Source: the human T2T-CHM13v2.0 reference genome, Homo sapiens
DNA length: 64,000 nt
Direction: 5' to 3' (one strand)
NCBI RefSeq assembly: GCF_009914755.1
Contig: NC_060931.1
The first letter of the stretch is position 1, and the number at the start of each line of letters is the position of its first letter. Shown here piece after piece: positions 57,772 to 64,000 of this stretch. The position numbers were made by a program, and so were the translations under genes. The notes below the pieces were generated by a model. The model was given only the letters and a program-made list of their open reading frames with translations. It searched no databases and was not told the DNA's origin.

Positions 57772-60700
57772 ATCCAGACCCCGTAGTTATAAAAAGGACG
57801 AGCAGTGGTGTGTTCTTTCTAGCTACTTCCTGCTGATGAGGGGATGGAGAGTTTTCTGGTCTCAGATTGACTGTAGGAGTAACACCGTCTGTAGATGTTG
57901 TTGGGTAGTTGTCTGTGAAATGGCCATGATCCCTGGGTTCCATGGACTCACTAGACGTGGGGGTGAAGGGTTCCAGGCACCCTCAGTTATTAGTTGTCAG
58001 TGCCAGCAGTGAAGAGATTTCCTCCTGTAATACTGGTGGGGCTTAGAGGCAGCGCCTGCTGAAACATCTAGTTTTCAGTTCATAGGGCTTCAGGACACAG
58101 CTTATTTTGGAAACTTGTAGCCAGAAAAATTAGAATTTAATTTAAGCTGTAAAAAATAATAAAAATTAAAAACATGAGTCAAGACTAGAATTTAACAACA
58201 GGTGTGCTATAGTTTTTGAAACACAATTTTCTCTCTCCAGTTTCCCATTTTTATTAAAAGACAAATCATGGTAGGACTGGTTTGCTTTATTATACTTGGC
58301 TTAATTATTTGCATGCAGTGCAGCAAGAATAATTATTTGTTACATAGTCCTTTTAAACTGGCTTTGATGGAACTTTGTTCCAGAGAAGGAATCTGAGATA
58401 AGACCTTTTTAAAGCCAAGCCCAGCCATGGATTTGTACCATCAAATACCTATAAGTTGGGTGAATTCCTCTCCTCTTGAGGTTCCAAGATAACTTTGGGT
58501 TCCCGGCCTGTCAGAAAGTGACATTATTTACTTACCACTGATCAGAAACCCTCTACAGGGACTGTGTACACAAAATATAAGGCCGGTTTTCCAAGGGCTT
58601 TATTGCCTTCATAAGTGAAGTTTGATTCCTTAAAGGAAAGCACACCATTCCAGTCAAAGCCTTGGTAAAAATAACCAGTTTTTCCAGTTGTGCCCTGTTA
58701 CGAAAGAAAACAGATTCTTACTGCATTATGCAAATAACTATTGTCATAACTTAAGAATACTCACAGATAGTTTCCAAATTCTGGAGAAAATCAGGTAAAG
58801 AGAAACAAGTATGCTCCAAATTTTGTTCATGAGAGTATACTAAATTGCTAAAAGCTGTCAATAACTCAAAAGTTTATTTGACTTTGAAAAGCAAAACAAA
58901 GGATTAGTAATATTTTAAGCAAAATGTCAGAAAGATCACTCCAGTCTCCTATTAGTTCAGTTTATGCAGTTGATTCCTGTCCTGCATAATATTAATGAAC
59001 ATTCTAGCTCTTCAATAGTCCTGAATGTTTGTCCTCTATGCTGATGTCACAATCTCCAAAGTTATCAGAAACCTGCATTCAAGAGCACCTATTAGAGCTT
59101 TATAGCTGATTTTAAAACCACTTTCTAAAGAGGACCAAAACAAGACAACAATTGTTTATGGATGACAAAAAGTTTTAGGGTAGCCATAGTTAAAGTTACG
59201 AGGATATCTGGTACCTTTGCGGCACACAACAATTTTAACATAACAATTATAATTATTACTGATAACATACACTAAGATATATCAGAATTATAGGAGTCTC
59301 CCATACTTTGGAGCACATACCAATAACATATTTATACAAATATAACCCAAAGAAAGCCAAATACCATTTTATATGTGACAATGCTTCCTGTATGATTATG
59401 TAACAAGCCAAATTTTACCTTTATATTAGTGTGCTGTTAATGTTAAACTCAATTTTTAATAAAACCTTGTAGACATGTTTACCCAATTTTAATGTTTGAC
59501 CATATGGTAAGATTTTTATAGACCCTTTTTAACCCTTTATAATTTTTGTTAAAGAGCAGGTTAGTGCTTTAAGAGAAACCCATTGTGCTTCTATTTTAAT
59601 GCTCAATTTCCAGAAAAATTGGATGATACCCCTTTAGCTTTAGCCAAAATGTTTACACACAGAATTTCCTTTACAATTAACCTTCCAAAACTTGCTTAAA
59701 CCTTCATTTTTATTTTATTCAACTTAAAACAATTCTTTAGCCTTTTAATGTAGGTAAAAATCCACATTCTCATGCCTCCTTATAATCTTCTTACCAAAAG
59801 TATGTGTAAATTGTTTTTTCAATAGTCTTAAATACATGTTACACTATTAACTTTTAGCAACCTTTACTTTTGCTGGTGAGCTTGCGATTTGAATTATGTA
59901 CTAGTTATAGAGCCTAGGACCTAGACAGAAGTGCAGATAAGGTCTGACTGATTCTAGCATTTCATTCCATGTGTCCTAGGTCTTACCTAGCTGCAAAGCT
60001 CGCAAGTTGTGCAGCGAAGAGTCAGCATTTAGGAGGCTAAACCACTTTTAAATTGTACAACATTTCTTGCATAAATTCCCTTTTATACATTTTTTTACGA
60101 CTTACACAATCTCTGAGATGACTCAAATTTCTTACTTGTAAACACCCCTTTCTTTAAACAACCAATTAATTTACTTTAGGACAAGAATTTGCCATCTAAG
60201 ATTCTTTTTATATAAATTCTCTTTTCTTTAATATCAAAGAACTGTTATTCTTTCCCAAAACAAACTTCCTTTATGTCTGTGGACTAGACTGCCTAAGGCT
60301 ACAAGATTAGAAGTTAGGATATTTTACTAAATAGTTCAAGATGTAGCTATCTTCATTAAACCAATATTAACGTTTCATTTATTAAAAAATTACACAAGCA
60401 AAGATTATTCTGTTTGGGGCTGAGTTACAGTTTTGTAGCCTCTATGCCAAATTTTGACACCTTATAGTATTTGACAGAGATAAGTATGGAATTGCTTGAT
60501 TAGTATATGCAAACAAAAATGTATGCTGACAACTCTTAAGACATTTCTAATCTTACTGTACCAGTAAGTTTTAAAGATTAAGGTCATGTGGACTGAAAGG
60601 TCCCACAGCTTTTACTTTTTCCTTAAAAATATTTGATTTAAGCACTTATTTTTCTTAGGCCAATTAATTAGAGCTTTTTAAATACAGATTGCACACATAA

Positions 60701-61135
60701 CACATATATAGCCACACAGACAACCAGAAAAATATCCAGTAGTTATGTTTTTGTTGTTGTTTGTTTGTTTGTTTTGCTAATTTCCCAACTGGGTTATTGG
60801 CCTTTGGGTGAGGCCTTTTAAGAATGGGGCTAGGAAAACAATTTCCAGGGCCTAGGAAACAAGCATAGCTGGAAGACAAAGACAGATTTTGAGAGGTAAT
60901 TATTCACCTTTAATTCCAGGGGTTCCATAAGGAAAACAGAGATTTTTCCCAAAACAGGATTTGTGGTGTCTTTTCTGTTTTCCCAAGGAGTCCCAGGCCA
61001 CCAGAAGTACATGCACTAAAAGTGGCAAGACAGAGTGAAGAAAAGTAATTCAGTCGGCTGGGAAAAAACCTTTTCCAGGAAAACAAGATTTATGAAGAGG
61101 AAAACATAAGGCCTTTTGAATATACTCATAGCTTG
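57772..61135 (-). mobile_element. MER61/MER4-group internal sequence, 5' part and 5' LTR absent
   Basis: Abuts the LTR directly; AT-rich non-coding MER4-group internal motifs; no second LTR in the window. Confidence 0.75.
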
Positions 61136-62479
61136 CTTATGAGTATATTCATAAATCAGTGTTCTGGATTTTTACCATTCTAATAGGTGTTTACTAGTGT
61201 CTCGTTGTTTAAATTTTCATTTTTCTGATGATAAATTGAGCGTCTTCATATGCGTATTTTCCATTTGTGTATCTTCTTTGGTGAGATATCTCTTATCTTT
61301 TTCTGGTTAGACTGTTTCGTTACTGTTGAGTTTTAAGAGTTCTGTGGATATTTTAGTTTATAGTTCTCTTTATCAGACAATTTTTTTCCAAATGTTTTCT
61401 CCCACTCTTTGGCTTGTCTTTTCATTTTCTCTTGACACTATATTTTACAAAGCAGAAAGTTTTAATTTTCATGGAGATCATCGTATCACTTTTTTACTTC
61501 ATGGATTGTTCCTTTGGTGTCATATCTAAATATTCATCACCAAATCCAAGGGCATCTAGATTTTCTCCTGTGTTATCTTCTTTCAGTTTTATAGTTTTGC
61601 ATTGTACATTTAGGTCTATAATCAATTTTGAGGTAGTTTTTGATCTAGATTAGTTTTTTGCATGTGATGTCCAACTTTTCTAGCATCACTTGTTAAAGAG
61701 ATGATCTTTTCTCCATTGTATTGCCTTTGCTTCTTTGTCAAAGACCAGCTGACTATTTTTATGTCTATTTCTGGGCTCTCTATTGTGTTCTATTGTTCTA
61801 TTTTATTTTCAGCACAATGTTGAAAAGGAATGGTAAGAGGGATCATTCCTCCCTTGTTCTTTATCTTAGTGGGACAGCTTCAAGTTTTCACCATTAAGTA
61901 TGATGTTGGCTACTGATTTTTTGTAGATATTTTTTATCAAGTTGAAGATTCCTAGTTGACCAGTTATTTTTAAAGATAATAGAAAAGGTACATGGAAGGC
62001 AGGTGTGATAGAGCCCAGCTACAATTTTCCTTAAAAGAAATAACCATCACAGAAGATGACCTGTTATTTTGTTAAACTAATATTAAAGAACATACGTTTA
62101 ATTATCACAAAGCCACTGCTTAGCAGCTCTTTGGTGAAATTTATGCTGTAAAGGTTCACATGTATTTCAGTCTTCTTGTCTGAAAAGTTTGCCTATTCAT
62201 CCATTATCCTATCTTCAAGGACCAGAACCAAGGATTCCTCTTCCAAGAAGCTTTTTTTATACCCCCCTCAAATAAACAACGTTCTCCTTTAATATTTGAG
62301 AACAATTCTTTGTACCTTTCTTAAGATGCATATTACATTCTGCCTCATAACATAGTTTGTAAGAACTATTGCTTGTAATTAAATGTAATCTCCTCCAAAG
62401 ATTGTTTGTACACAGTAGACACTCATATATTTAATTGAATTAGTAGATATCATTGAATCTATTGATTTAATAGCTCATT

Positions 62480-63060
62480 TATACAATGTACTTTTATAAG
62501 CAACTTCTAGAGCATGATACTGTGCCTGACATGATAGAGACTACAAAAAAAAGTAAGTCATAATTCCCAGGTACTGAGAACAGAGTCCAGAGTTAGAAGC
62601 AATCATTCATTCATTAAAGAGTTATTGCTAATCATCCACTGTTATCTATATCTTGAACTAAGTACCACAAATACTGAGATGAATAAGTCATGGTCATTGC
62701 CTTCCAGGAGTTCATTTAGTTGGTGGGAAAGGCAGAGATGAAAATAAGCCTCTCAACTTGCATGTGAAGAGGCTACAGTAAGGGGCTACACAGGTTGCTG
62801 TGAGTGTCAGAAGTAGGTTAGAGTCAGGGGTGAAGAGTGAGAAAGAAGTTTCTATAGAATAAGTTATATTTGAGTTTAATGAAACAGTGTCTAGTGAAGA
62901 CAAGGCCACTGCTTATAGAAAGATCTGCATTTAGTGGGGTCAAGATGATGATGCATCTTGGAACAAGTAGTTCTGTGCATCCAGAATATGGTGTCCATGA
63001 AAGAACTTGGATTGCAGTGATGTTGGAATAGGAGATGAGAGGTGGATCACAGATGCCCTC
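62480..63060 (-). mobile_element. LINE-2 3' fragments
   Basis: TCATTCATTCATTAAAG...GAGATGAATAAGTCATGGTCATTGCCTTCCAGGAGTTCATTTAGT. Confidence 0.55.
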
Positions 63061-64000
63061 TCACCTTTCACTCCCCCTCCTCAAGATGAAGCAAAGCAAA
63101 TGTTGAGAAGGCAAGAGGAGAAATGTTGGATAAAGAGGGAAATCATGGAGGAAAAAAAAATCTCTTTAAAGTTGGAAAGGGACTGAAACAGGGCTAGCAG
63201 TAGATGAATCAGTTTATCCAACTTTATCAGCCTTGAAGTCATTTCAAGTTTCCAGGAAGCAGTATATATAGTCTTTGAATTAATAGTCTTTTCCTTATTT
63301 TCACCAGTAAAAGATGAATACTCCAACTCCAGGAAGACTGATTTTGGGTTCCAGCTTGGGCACAACTGCCTTGTCTTTATATCCAGCCTGCTCCTAAATG
63401 GCAGGAGTGAGCACCCTTCACATATTTTGTGGTGGGAGGAAGCCACCCACGGAACAAGTCATCACAGACTGCTTGTTCCTCCTAGCAGAGTGTTGACAGA
63501 ACACTCTATTCCCCAGGATATGCCTCTACTTCACTGAATCATTTGGAAATCTTTACAAGTGTTTGTGGGACTTTAATACTTGGATAGGGAGGGAGAGCAG
63601 AAGGACATTCCTGGCTTGATTTTGTTGCTTCAGTTTTTGAGTGATCTTCCAAACCTTTGAGTAATAGGAGTATTTTATTATTATTATTTTTATTATTTTG
63701 ATGACTACAACTTTAAAATGTCTTATAATGTGAACTCCGTTGGACAAACATTAAACAGTCTATGTGGAGGCTAGAAAAAGAATAATAAACTTATGGAATT
63801 ATCTCATTTTGTCTAATTCTCTCATATTATGCAAAAAGAAATTACATTCCAAAAGAACTTGAAACTGCATGCCCAATGTCATACAGCCAATTGATAACTA
63901 TTTACTGATTAATTAAAAATAAATTACTTTTTTGTTTCCTTGGCAATGGATTAAGATTTTTCATCTGTTTGTTAGCTGTTGGGAGGCACATAAGAGAAGG

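Noticed and set aside
57772-61135. gag/pol/env coding potential in the provirus
   Set aside because: No ORF of 100 aa or more and no retroviral protein motifs; MER4-group internal DNA here is non-coding

Overview
Human genomic DNA, shown by a human-specific L1HS-Ta element alongside Alu, Hsmar1 and LTR12. The window is repeat-dense and appears intergenic or deep intronic. I cannot recognise any host protein-coding exon: the long ORFs are LINE-1 or Hsmar1 transposase remnants, and the short ones are repeat-derived or unsupported. Main contents: a young 5'-truncated L1HS Ta-1 insertion (1870-3337, -) with a 14-bp TSD and a 9-nt non-L1 tag inside a bipartite poly(A) tail; a full-length but coding-dead L1PA3-type element (18908-24945, -) with no TSD and mismatched flanks; a near full-length Hsmar1 mariner; a solo LTR12; a half-deleted MER61 provirus; eight Alus; and many old LTR, DNA, L2, MIR and L1M fragments. 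Non-repeat signals are a strong CTCF motif at ~6.5 kb and exon-like splice-site pairs at 31.8-32.3 kb and 63.3 kb. I found no convincing new multi-gene system. The most interesting items are retrotransposition and rearrangement scars, anomalously similar MIR pairs (one forming a 54-bp hairpin), and a testable L1-antisense-promoter/ORF0 chimeric transcript. Repeat family names come from my recall of consensus sequences, not from a database search, so subfamily calls and boundaries of old elements are approximate.
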